A DNA stretch of 64,000 nucleotides, from assembly GCA_012862495.1 (NCBI GenBank), contig BLSG01000411.1, forward strand, positions 62,001 through 126,000, read 5' to 3'. This DNA is from Thraustochytrium aureum. Lineage: Eukaryota. Positions 35,277 through 45,818 of the stretch are shown in pieces (position 1 is the first letter of the stretch; each line of letters begins with the position of its first letter). A program made the position numbers and the translations under genes. Under the pieces are notes generated by a model. It saw only the letters and a program-made list of their open reading frames with translations. It made no database searches and was not told where the DNA came from.

Positions 35277-36856
35277 ATGCGCAACTTTAAGGATGCCAGG
35301 CGGCGGATCAAGCAGCAAGCGCTGCAGGCGCTCGGCGCGGCCGAGGCCACCGAGGACTCCGAGTTCAAAGAGGACTTCCGGCAGTACAAGAACACGTGCC
35401 GCGGCGTCAAGAGTCTCAGGAAAAGCATGGCAGCTCACCTTGACGCCGTTCGCGCAATGCAAGCCTCGGCCGCTGCGCTCACAGTTGAGCTGGCCGCATT
35501 TCATCAAAACACAGACGGCGCCAAAGCGACCGTGGCTTTCGGTCAGGCGCACGCCGAGATCGAACGCATTCAACTCGCATCGGTTGAGCGCTTGTACGAG
35601 GAAGAGGTGAAGGCGGCAACCGAACTCTTGCTCTGGCAGGAGCCCGAAGTGGAGGAAAAGGCCAAGCAGCGCAAAAAGCTGCTGCTAGACTACGACGCGC
35701 ACCTGCGCAAGTACGACAACTTGGCCAAGAGCGAGCTCGCCGACACGGACCCGAACGCCAAGAAGAAAAAGCCGATTTTCGCCCGGCGCAAGTCCGACGA
35801 CGAGGTGGCCGAGGACCTGGCGCAGCGCAAGGTCAGGGTGGAGGAGGCCGAGGAGGCCGTGGACCAAAGCACCAAGTGGCTCATGGAGCAGTTTGAGGAG
35901 CTCGCCAGCAAGCGCCAGACCGGGACCATTCTGGAGGGCCCAATGTCGGCATTGCTGGCCTGCCAGCTCCACCTCATGAAGGAGACCGTGGCCCGCCTCG
36001 AGGCACTCAAGCCCATGTTTGAAAGCGTCGAGATCTTCGCCTCCACCCTCGACCGGTACGACAAGGAGCCGCACAAGGTGCCGGCGTTCGACGTGGAGGG
36101 CGTCGCGCACATCACCAACCTCGGCGCTCCCTTGCCACGCTCAAGAAACGCGCCAAAGGCCCCGCCTGGGCAGGTGTTGGGGCGCCGCTCTCCTCGAGCA
36201 CGCCGCCCGTGGTCTGCGACTGCATCTCGTTCATTCGTACCAACGGAATGACCACTGAGGGAATCTTTCGCATCCCGGGCCACAAGGACACCGTCGACGC
36301 TCTCAAGGCGCGGTACGACGCAGGCGAGACGGGCGTCGTTGCACACGCCGGTGTCGCCTCCGTGCACGACGTCTGCACGCTCCTCAAGCTGTGGCTCCGC
36401 GAGCTCCCCGAGCCGCTCATTCCGTCCGAGCACTACGCGCCTCTCATGGAGCACCTGCGAGAAGACGTCAACGCCGAAAAGGCCACCACGGTTACGAGTG
36501 TCATCCAGGTCGCCTTTGCCATGCCCAGAGAACACGCAGAGCTCTTGGGCTTTCTTGCAGACCTCCTCTCTGACGTGACGCGCAACGCAGAGGAGAACCG
36601 CATGTCCGCGGCCAACCTAGCAACCTGCTTCGCGCCGAGCATCATGCGCGCCCCGGAAGATACGCCGGCGAACGAGGTACTCCGCGACATGCAGGCCGCG
36701 ATTTCGGCCGTCAAGGTTTTCATAAACCACGCCCAGAAGCTTCCTCACCCCAAGGCAAAGAACGTCAAGGCCAACACGCACGTCGACGTCGCCCAAGATC
36801 GCACCAAAGACCCGACTAGCCCGGTAGTCGCTGCTGGGACGTCCCCGAGCGCTTGA
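35277..36856 (+). CDS. BAR + RhoGAP domain protein; apparent -1 frameshift at 36177-36178
   Basis: BAR-like helices (ATEDSEF..RKKLLLDYDAHLRKY). Restoring one T gives VFGAPL..PPVVCDCISFI..EGIFRIPG (arginine finger), LLKLWLRELPEPL, NRMSAANLATCFAPSI. Confidence 0.88.
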
Positions 36857-37176
36857 GCAGGCAGCCGGGCGGCCGGCCGGCCGGGCTGGGTCGCTGGCTA
36901 TGCCTGGCGGCCTGGCTGCCAGGAGAGAGCTTTCAGCGTGCAGCCGTGCCCGGGTGGGCGCGCCGGCGCGATTGATCGGTCTTTGTGGGGCATCGCGTTT
37001 GAGATTAGGGAGCGAGAAAACGAAATGGATTGGTTTGAAAGTGACGTCAAGGAGCAGGAGCGCCGAGCTCAGACAAAGCTTTGCTCGCATTCCGTGCCGA
37101 GCAGCAGCGCCGCCCTCGGTCGAAGGGAAAGGAAGCGGGATCCGCGTGGGTTCAGTTCAGTTGGAGCTAAGAATTC

Positions 37177-37581
37177 TCAGTTGGCCACCTTCTTCTTTTG
37201 GCGCCGGGTCTTCTTCTTGCGCCGCTTGAGGCCCTCCATCTGTGCCTTGTTGAGCGTTGCGAGGCTCGCGTGGAAACGCTCCTGCTGCAGGCCCGTCACA
37301 AGCGTAGAAATTTTGACCTTGGAGCCCCTCGGCTGGCCAGCCTTGCGAAGGCCAGAGCCGAGGTTTGACTCCGCCCGTTCTCCGCCAGTAAGCACGGCGC
37401 GCACGAGACAGGCGCCGCCCTCGACCGCCTCGCGGGCCACGGCCTTCGGCGCGCCCTTCTTCACCTCCTCCTCGGTCACCTTCTTCATGGTCAACACGAC
37501 CGACCCCGACTTCCGGCTCTCCTCGTACATGCTCGTCAGCTTGGTCAAAAACTCATCGTGGCCCAAGTGCGCGCGAGCCAT
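37177..37581 (-). CDS. SRP14: Signal recognition particle 14-kDa subunit
   Basis: DEFLTKLTSMYE..GSVVLTMKK..CLVRA..KISTLV..F...L..L.KAQMEGLKRRKKK. Confidence 0.92.
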   Translation of the reverse strand: MARAHLGHDEFLTKLTSMYEESRKSGSVVLTMKKVTEEEVKKGAPKAVAREAVEGGACLVRAVLTGGERAESNLGSGLRKAGQPRGSKVKISTLVTGLQQERFHASLATLNKAQMEGLKRRKKKTRRQKKKVAN

Positions 37582-37934
37582 CCCGCCGCGCCCGCGGCTT
37601 GCCGCAGCGCCAGGGGCCTTGCCCGGAGGTAGGCAAGCGGCCGAGCAGCTCGAGCAGCTCGCGCAACTCCTGCACCTCGCGCAGCTCGCGCAGCTCGCGC
37701 AGCCCCCTCTGCGCCCTGCCGCCCGCGCGAGCCCGGCGCTGCAACGTGACCAGCCAGGCAGCCCGCTGCGCCGACGCTCGCTCGACTGCCGTCGCCAGGG
37801 GCCCCGCGCCGCGCTTCGAGGCTGCTGCTGGAGCGAAGGAAGGGAGGAAGGCCGCATGCGTGCAGAGCTGCAGAGTGGACAGTGGGCGCTCGCACAGTGG
37901 ACGCACGCAGCGCGAGCAGACCGCGATCGATCGT

Positions 37935-38124
37935 GCGAGAAGGCGACGAACGCGGCGGCGGCGGTGGCCTTTGCGGGGTTGGGCTCGTTGCGGCCACATG
38001 CCGGGGTTTAACCGCATGGCGGGCGTCGAGCGAGCGTCAGGCATTGCTGGGCGGCGTGCGCCGTGTTGCCACCAGGCGGGCTCACGGCGCGAGAAGGCGA
38101 CGAACGCGGCGGCGGCGGTGGCCT

Positions 38125-38129
<5 letters not shown>
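37935..38129. repeat. Two identical 41-bp direct repeats (37935-37975, 38089-38129), followed by a (GCGT)n microsatellite
   Basis: gcgagaaggcgacgaacgcggcggcggcggtggcctttgcg occurs twice, 154 bp apart, between formin and SRP14. Confidence 0.9.
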
Positions 38130-38157
<28 letters not shown>

Positions 38158-38294
38158 TGTGCGTGCAGCGATGGATGTCTGCCACTGGAGGAGGCAAGGG
38201 CTGCGCGCATCGCTGGAAGCTGGCATTTGTGCGATTCTGTGCGGTGGGGACGCACAAGGGGTCAAAGGAAGACAGGCGGGTCCCACGGATTAAT

Positions 38295-41200
38295 CTATGC
38301 GTGCTGTGCTGGCCCCGGCGCGCGACGCAGCGCACTATGTGGGCGGTTCGACGCGGCTGCCTGCGAAAAGCCCTTGTGGTTGCGGATTCCGTCCAGGACC
38401 GACGGGCCCTTTGGAAGTGGCGGGGCCTTGGCCGGCGGCTTGGCTGCTTTCGCGGACGTGACGCTCTCGAGTAGCGAGTTGCGCCGCCGCGCAGGCTTGT
38501 CGACGGGGCTCATCTCGCGCTTGTAAGCCTGGCAAAAATCGTCGAGGATGCCGAAAAACCGCTCCGAGTCGCCTTGCAGCTCTTCGCCGCCAACGAGCTT
38601 GCTGACGAGCGCGCTGTACGCGGTCTGCACCTGCTCTACGGCCTTCTTCAGGTGCCCAATCGCCTTGTTGGCGCCCTCGAGAAACGCAAGGGTTTTGGCC
38701 ACGAAGGGATCGTCCGGGTCCCCGCCCAGCTTGTCGACAAAGGCGGACAAAAACGCTGCGTCGTTTTCCAAACCCTTGGTCGTGCTGGCGAGAACGGACA
38801 CCGAGATTCGCCGCGCCTCTTGCGCGTGCTCGAGGTCACCTGGCAGCTTGAGCATGCTGGTGTACTTCTTTTCGGCAATCTCCTGCACGATGAACTGCAG
38901 AAGGTTGCTCTTGTTGTCCGCCGACTTGAGGTTTTCCACCTTGACGAGAGCGTCTAGCTTGAAGCCGTAGGCGCCGCCGCGGGCCGAGGTCCCGTTCAAA
39001 TAGTTGCCAACCGCCAAGACGACCTGCAGGGTCATCTTGAACGCGCGAGAGGCGCCGACGTCGTTGCACGCCTTGAGGAGCATTTCTGCCTGCTCGCGCG
39101 CCTCGGCGACTTGCGGGCGCAGACGGAGCTGGATCCCCCACGCCTTGATGCGCTGCTGCAGGTGATCGATTGCGCTCAGCTCTGCAAAGAGCTGCTCGAT
39201 TTTCCCGAGTCGGCTGCGGTCGCCCCTGTACTGCTCTACCATAGCGGCCTCTTCCGGCGTCGGCAGCATGCTGTGCAGCATTTCGACGCGATCCGCTCCG
39301 CCTCCGAGGCGCTTAAGGTCCAAGCTGAGGATTGCGGCCTTGATTGCGGAGCCGCTCAGCTTGAGTCTCGCAAGCACAATTCCGATGTTCCGCTGCCGGT
39401 TCGGGTCCACGAGCTCGACAACCTTTGGCGCCCCCCCGGACTCGCTCTTGGACTCTTCTTCCTCGTCCTCGCCAGCCTGGTTACCGAGGAGAGATTTGCG
39501 CCGCGGCATGGGCTCCGACCCGGCCTTCGACTTTTGCGCAAAGCGCGCCTCCAGCTCGTCTTGAGGGAGTTCGACGCTCGCGTCATCGAGCTCCAGCCAG
39601 AGGGTGCCGTCGACAGCCTCGTCTGGCAGTTTTGACCAAAACAGTCCGCGCATCGGCTGCCGCGGGCAGACCTTGGCCTTTGGCTTGATTCTAGGCTCTG
39701 GAGCAGCTTGTCTCGCCTGCTTTGCAGAGCCGCTGCTGCCTGCACCTGGCAATGTTGGTTGCACGTGCAAAACCCGGCGCTGGTCCGCGTCGCTCACCTC
39801 GTCGCGTTTCATCGCGTTCTCGATGGCGCCGTCCAGGAGCCCGGCGCGCCGCATCTTGATATACTTCCCGAGCTTGGGGTCGTTGGACAAGTCGTCGTCA
39901 GTCTCCACCGGTCCGGCTGCTGCCGCCACGCCTCCAGCGCCAAAAAACGCCAGCTGCTTCTCTTCGGCAAGTCCGTCGCGCTTCATGGCGTTGCGGACCG
40001 CGTCGTCCGGCAGCCCGGCCTTTTGCATTTTCGCGTACTTGGCAAAGGCGGGGTCGAGGCTTGCAGAAGCAGGAGGGGGGGCTTCGCACGCCCCGGCCGG
40101 GCTGCTGTGTCGTCGTGCCATATAGTCCCAAAACTCTGTTTGGTCGCTCTCCGGTAGTCCGTCTCGCGCCATGCTGTGGCGAACGGCGGCCTCGGGAAGC
40201 TTGGCATCAAGCATCTTGGCATACTTTGCAAACTTGGGATCCGGCGCACAGGCCAAGACGGCGGCCGGGGGTTGCGCGCCGCCCTCTTCGGCGGCGGCCA
40301 GCTCGGCCTTGAACGCCGCTTGCCGTGCCTCGTCAAGCCCGTCCCTGGTCATAGCGTTTTCCACCGCACCGAGCGGCAGCCCGTGCCGGAGCATTGCATG
40401 GTACTTCTCCAGCGAGGGGTCTCTTGCAGCGCCTCGCTGGCTCTGGCCCGCGCCGCACGCGCATTTGAGGCAGCCCGAAGTCTCGCCTGGCCTTGCTTGC
40501 TGAGCAGCTTGGAGCGCCTCGCCAAGTTCGCCACGCAACTTTTCAAGCTCCAAGTCGTGGTTTGCTCGAAGCTCGCGCAGAGCCCGCTCGGCCTCGGCTC
40601 GTTGCTCTTCGGCCTCGGCAAACGCGTCTCTTAGCTTGCGCTCAAGGTCTCGGATCTGCGTTTCGGACCTTTGAGCTGCCCCGTACCGGTCGTCTCGCGC
40701 AAGAAAAGCCGCCTCAAGCTGGCGAAAGCTCAGGCCCCTCGTCTTCGGGTCGGCCACCACGCGCTGGCAGGTCTCGGCGAGGAGCGACCAGACCGGTTTT
40801 GCGACTTGTGGCGCGGCGGGGATAACGAGCAGGGCGCGAAGCAGGTCCAGCAGCTCTGGGGCTGCGCTGCTAGCGTACGCTTGTTGCTGCACCTTGTCGA
40901 ACAACGCGCGCTCATTCGCGAGCCACGTCCCTGTCGCGGGAGCGTCCTCAAGGACAGCGGCGTTGTCGCGCGCCGCGCTCTCCCTGAACGCTTCGAGGCG
41001 GACGCTCAGCTCGCCGAGGGTCTGCCGCTGCTCGGCTTCCTCGCCAAGGAGCTGGACGAGTCCGTCAAGGTCGTCGAGGACGTCCAGGATGCCGTGAAAG
41101 CAGAGTTCCGAGCGCAAGGTCACACGCGCCTCAAGCGAGTCGGCGCCAGTCACGATGGCATTCACCAGGTCAAGGAGGTGGGCCTTCGCACTGACCTCGA

Positions 41201-41888
41201 AGGCGCTCGCGGTGCTGCTGAGGCAGGTCGTAAGTGTACTGAAACGCATGGGTTCCTGCCGCTCCATTCGGAGCTCGTCAAAGCCTCCAAGTACTGCGCG
41301 ATGACCAGCAGCAGAGTGCAGCGCAACTCGCGCGAGGACCTTTGCCGCCGCGAGGGTTGTTTTGGCTCGGCCATCTTCTGCGGAGATGCAGAGCGCGATG
41401 ACGGTCACTGCATCGATGTCGCTCAGCATTACTTTGATGGTTGACGCGCTGCCCTCGACAAGAGTCAAGATGCTGTCCAAAACGTCAAGCTGCATGCGCA
41501 CTTGCTGCCGCTCAACGAGAACGTCGAGCAGACTTGCCAGCTTGTGCAAGCCGCCGAGCTCCAGGAACACTTGGACCCAGTCGGGATCTCGGCGCATCTC
41601 GACGCGAACGTCCATCACCTCTGACTCGCTGATCGAGTCCACCTCCAGAAGCATGCGGTCAAGCTCGCCGACGCACCGCACCGCGCCGCCATAGCTCCCG
41701 TACGTGGACGTCTGCACCCTGACATACCGCTGGTGCTTCGACAGCAGCTTCCACTTCATGTGCATCGGCTGCGCGAGCATGCTGCCGCGCTTACTCTCCG
41801 GAATGTTGAGCTCGTCCAGCAGCCTCCGGTACATCCTATCGAGCTCATCGTCCGAGGGCCTCTCCGCCTCAGGCCCGGCCACCGTCAT
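38295..41888 (-). CDS. Formin (GBD/FH3 - coiled coil - 4 helical repeats - FH2)
   Basis: N-terminal LLDELNIPESKR..KWKLL (GBD); RFSTL..LVNAIV..R..LRSEL (FH3); FH2 MRGLFWSKL, RQRNIGIVL, VLAVGNYLNG..GAYGFKLDAL.K. Confidence 0.93.
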   Translation of the reverse strand: MTVAGPEAERPSDDELDRMYRRLLDELNIPESKRGSMLAQPMHMKWKLLSKHQRYVRVQTSTYGSYGGAVRCVGELDRMLLEVDSISESEVMDVRVEMRRDPDWVQVFLELGGLHKLASLLDVLVERQQVRMQLDVLDSILTLVEGSASTIKVMLSDIDAVTVIALCISAEDGRAKTTLAAAKVLARVALHSAAGHRAVLGGFDELRMERQEPMRFSTLTTCLSSTASAFEVSAKAHLLDLVNAIVTGADSLEARVTLRSELCFHGILDVLDDLDGLVQLLGEEAEQRQTLGELSVRLEAFRESAARDNAAVLEDAPATGTWLANERALFDKVQQQAYASSAAPELLDLLRALLVIPAAPQVAKPVWSLLAETCQRVVADPKTRGLSFRQLEAAFLARDDRYGAAQRSETQIRDLERKLRDAFAEAEEQRAEAERALRELRANHDLELEKLRGELGEALQAAQQARPGETSGCLKCACGAGQSQRGAARDPSLEKYHAMLRHGLPLGAVENAMTRDGLDEARQAAFKAELAAAEEGGAQPPAAVLACAPDPKFAKYAKMLDAKLPEAAVRHSMARDGLPESDQTEFWDYMARRHSSPAGACEAPPPASASLDPAFAKYAKMQKAGLPDDAVRNAMKRDGLAEEKQLAFFGAGGVAAAAGPVETDDDLSNDPKLGKYIKMRRAGLLDGAIENAMKRDEVSDADQRRVLHVQPTLPGAGSSGSAKQARQAAPEPRIKPKAKVCPRQPMRGLFWSKLPDEAVDGTLWLELDDASVELPQDELEARFAQKSKAGSEPMPRRKSLLGNQAGEDEEEESKSESGGAPKVVELVDPNRQRNIGIVLARLKLSGSAIKAAILSLDLKRLGGGADRVEMLHSMLPTPEEAAMVEQYRGDRSRLGKIEQLFAELSAIDHLQQRIKAWGIQLRLRPQVAEAREQAEMLLKACNDVGASRAFKMTLQVVLAVGNYLNGTSARGGAYGFKLDALVKVENLKSADNKSNLLQFIVQEIAEKKYTSMLKLPGDLEHAQEARRISVSVLASTTKGLENDAAFLSAFVDKLGGDPDDPFVAKTLAFLEGANKAIGHLKKAVEQVQTAYSALVSKLVGGEELQGDSERFFGILDDFCQAYKREMSPVDKPARRRNSLLESVTSAKAAKPPAKAPPLPKGPSVLDGIRNHKGFSQAAASNRPHSALRRAPGPAQHA

Positions 41889-42426
41889 CCTCCAGCGCCC
41901 CTTCTCCGCTCGCGCGCCTGCCCCAGCCGGCCCCGTTGCGCGTCTGCCGCGCACTCGCCCCAGCACGGCCTCCTGCGCCTCCCCAGTGTCCACCCCGCCC
42001 CGCACCTGCTCTTTAACTCCTGGACAATCTANNNNNNNNNNNNNNNNNNNNNNNNNNNNNNNNNNNNNNNNNNNNNNNNNNNNNNNNNNNNNNNNNNNNN
42101 NNNNNNNNNNNNNNNNNNNNNNNNNNNNNNNNNNNNNNNNNNNNNNNNNNNNNNNNNNNNNNNNNNNNNNNNNNNNNNNNNNNNNNNNNNNNNNNNNNNN
42201 NNNNNNNNNNNNNNNNNNNNNNNNNNNNNNNNNNNNNNNNNNNNNNNNNNNNNNNNNNNNNNNNNNNNNNNNNNNNNNNNNNNNNNNNNNNNNNNNNNAC
42301 TGGGCTGTCGGCTTGGTGTGGGTCTGGGTGCTCAGGTTCGGGCTGGTGCGTACGTGCGGTTGACTGGCCTACTCTACTTACCTATACCGTGGAAGAGGCG
42401 CGGTGTGCTGGGCGAGGCTGTTGGCC

Positions 42427-44935
42427 ATGGCGAGCAAGGACGCGGCGGCGAGGATGCCGCTGGCGACGGATGATGTGGACGCACGAGGTGAACGGCTGCT
42501 GCAGGCGCTTTTGGTTGGCGAGATGAGCCAGGTTCGGGGCGGGGTGCAGCAGGGGCGGAAGCTGCCGACCGCGAAAGGGCGGAGGTGGCGCGGGCTGGCG
42601 ACCAACTCGTTTGAGCAGATGTGGGAGGCCAAGCAGCTCGCGGGGCATAGGCGGCGTATTCAGGCGGTGAGTGCCAACTTGGACTGCAAGGCGCCGCAGT
42701 CAATGCTGCTGAAGCACGTGACGAGCCGACAGAAGGTCAAGCAGGAGCGCCGCTGGCGCAAGGAGCGCATTGAGCGGGAAAACCACATGCTCGTGAAGCG
42801 AATGACTGGGATTATGCAGCGGCCCGGGCGCCTTGCGCAGGCGCGCCTGGTTGCTCCAAAGCCGCCAAAGCGCTCGGACTCGCTGCGCCAGCGCGAACTC
42901 GAGCGCATCGAGCGGGAGAACATCAAAATGCTGGAGCGGCTCGAGACGGCCGGGCCGCACTACGCGCAGAAGGAAATGCTCAAGGACCGGTCGCGCTCCA
43001 ACCGCACGTCGAGAGGCGCAAACGACGTTTCTCAGTCCAAGGGGCAGAGCACGGAAGCTCGCCCCGACGGATCGCGCTTGGCGCGGGACGAGATCTCCCA
43101 ATCCGACTTCGAACAACTTGGCCCCGAACTACCCGACAGGCGGCATTGGAAACTCAGTCTTCCGCCGCTTCAAAGCGCGGAAGCGCTCGCTGCAGCGGCG
43201 GGGCCAGCCCTCGGCATCTTTCCCCCGCGCTCCATCCAAAAGAAGGCCTCTCTGGCCTTGTCGCCGCCTGCAAGCCCTGTCGCAGTGGGCGAGCTAGGCG
43301 GGGAGTTCGGGGAGCACCCGGGGGTCATGGAGGATCAAGCCTTGGCCGCGATGGCAAGGGCTGGCGCCAAGCCTTGGATTGCGCCGTCGCCGCCGAATGT
43401 TGACAAGATCATGGGGTGCGCCTCTCCGCGCATGGCCAAAAAGCGCTTTCGCCAGACGCGCACCGCAGTATTCTCCCAACTCTTGGAGGTCCCTATTGCA
43501 AAGATGACACGCGACGTATATCGCAGCGCAGACCTCGTTTCCGGCGCAGTGTCGATCGTCCTTGAAGAACGCACCCGCGTGCTGGAGATACAGTTCCGCC
43601 AGGTGCAGGACGGGGACGCGGGGACCCGATGATTGCCCTTCCGAGGGCGCAGCACTCGGCGCCGCCCACGCCGTGCGCGTTAGTTACGCTGACGCAATGC
43701 AAATTGTGAACGGGGAGATCAAGGGCATGTACGCGGACCTTGCCTCGCGGCTCTGGATTCGTGAGGGACAGCTCATGCTCACGCAGCAGCTCCCGTTCGT
43801 AGTGTGGAGCTTGCTTGGTCAAGACGAGCGCGAGGCGCGCCGCTTTGCCCACTGGACCGACCTGGAACGGCAGATCGGCAGCCGCGGAACCGCCGGTGAG
43901 CAGTACGAGGACGATTTCGACGACGAGGACGACGCTGAGGCCACTGCGAGCGCAACACGAAGGGCGGCGCGCGAGGCTGAGGTGAGCGCAGTCCGCCTGC
44001 AGGCCCGATACCGCGGGCATCTCGGGCGGAGGCGGCTTCGGGAGCGCCAGGAGGAGACGGCGAGCCAAGAGCTTGAGCGCCGCCGAGTCGCACAAGAGGC
44101 AGCGCTCTCACGAGGCGCTTCAACCGTGCAGCGTCAGTTCCGTACACACCTCAAAGCTCGAGAGGAGAAGGCGATTGTGTTGCAGCGGCAGATCCGGGCC
44201 CGTCAGGCGCGTGCCTCGGCGAGGGCCCTTGCCGCTGATAGAAAGGGCGCCAATGTAGACGTCGCAGTTGACGCACAAGAGCACGTTCTTGCAGAGCAAG
44301 CGCCGCCGGGATCCGAGGCGCCTCGATCCCGACGGGTATCGTCAGCGACGATGTCGCGGGCTGCGACAGTTGTCCAAAAGCAATACCGTGGACATCGCAC
44401 TCGGCAGGTCCTGAGCGAACGGCTGGTCGTGTATGGGAGCGCTTACTTCCGCCTCACGCTACGCAAGTTGTCGAGCTCCCAAAAGCTGCTCAGCATCTTT
44501 GCTCACGGGGAAGAGAAGGCTGTGCAGCAGATTGTGCTGAGCTTTCGAGGCGAGCGCTGGTTTCGCGACACCGAGTCGACGATGGAGGAGCTCTGCGCGC
44601 ACATGCTCTTCAAGCGCGAGGGCGAGACGCCGGTGAGCGGCTCGTTCTATTTGCGGTACCAGGGCCGCACCATCACGAGCAAGAAACAGCGACGTTTGTT
44701 GCGTTGCCACGCTCGGGAGACTTCGACGGGGCAGCACCTGCTCGTCCGCGTGTGGCGGGTCGAGAGTGTGTTGCTCGTGCAGCTCTTTTCCATCTGGAAG
44801 GCATCGAGCACCTGGTGCGAGGTGGCTTCCCCTGAGCAGCTTGGCCAGCTATTCGCCTCGTACAAAGTCAGCAATGCGCGAGCAGAGGGCCGGCTTTTTC
44901 AAGCAGTGCAGAGGCTGGGCGCCAGCGCCAACTGA
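42427..44935 (+). CDS. CFAP97/Hemingway-like domain protein with C-terminal IQ motifs; apparent +1 frameshift at 43620-43623
   Basis: HRRRIQAV..LDCKAP..RIERENHMLVKRM..RQRELERIERENIKMLERL (CFAP97-type); IQ-like LQARYRGHLGR, VQRQFRTH, LQRQIRARQAR, VQKQYRGHRTR. Confidence 0.75.
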
Positions 44936-45818
44936 GGGATCGCGATCCCTGCCGTTGGCAGCCCCACCCCCGCGCACTTGGCAGGTCTCCATGTTGAGGT
45001 AGAAAAATAAAGTGAAATGCCGGAACGGCGAAATGCCATGCGCTATGCAGACTAAATCTGGGCTTTGCTTGCCGACATCGTTGCCATCGCCTGATGCCGT
45101 CGATACTGCAGCAGATTAGAGGATGTTTAATAAACTGAATCTGCACCAGCTGGCAGACTGGGCAGGGAGCTGTCCCGGCGGCGCAGTTCACTACCTTTCT
45201 CATCGGAGCAGGCATTTGGTCGACTTTTCTGGTTTTAAACGTTTGGTACTCTTGATCAATCAGTACGGTGGTGTTGACAAAGGCAAGCGCCTCCCATCCC
45301 CACGGTGAGACGAACGGGGTTTGGGCAAGTAAGTATTCGTGCGCCAGTGCCCACAAACAGGCAGCGCCCCGCAAAACAAGGCCTACGGGCCTCGGCGCCC
45401 TCGCTACCCTGACACAGGCCGCCCAGGGCGCCGCAGTCTGGCGGCTCGGATGTGCGTCCATAATCGAGCAGGCGCATTTGCCGAGGCGCACAAGCGTCCC
45501 TGGCGCTGCAAGTCGTGACATTGCACGGCGAGCCGCACACGAAGGCAAAGACTGCAGGCTGCAGCGCGGAGCGAAAGCACGAGCTCCAGGTAGAGCAGAA
45601 GAGGCTGCGGTCCGCCTCGCGCACNNNNNNNNNNNNNNNNNNNNNNNNNNNNNNNNNNNNNNNNNNNNNNNNNNNNNNNNNNNNNNNNNNNNNNNNNNNN
45701 NNNNNNNNNNNNNNNNNNNNNNNNNNNNNNNNNNNNNNNNNNNNNNNNNNNNNNNNNNNNNNNNNNNNNNNNNNNNNNNNNNNNNNNNNNNNNNNNNNNN
45801 NNNNNNNNNNNNNNNNNN

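Noticed and set aside
43622..43640. Selenocysteine TGA read-through in the CFAP97/IQ gene
   Set aside because: The downstream coding region is in a different frame, and removing one G from the G-run joins the ORFs.
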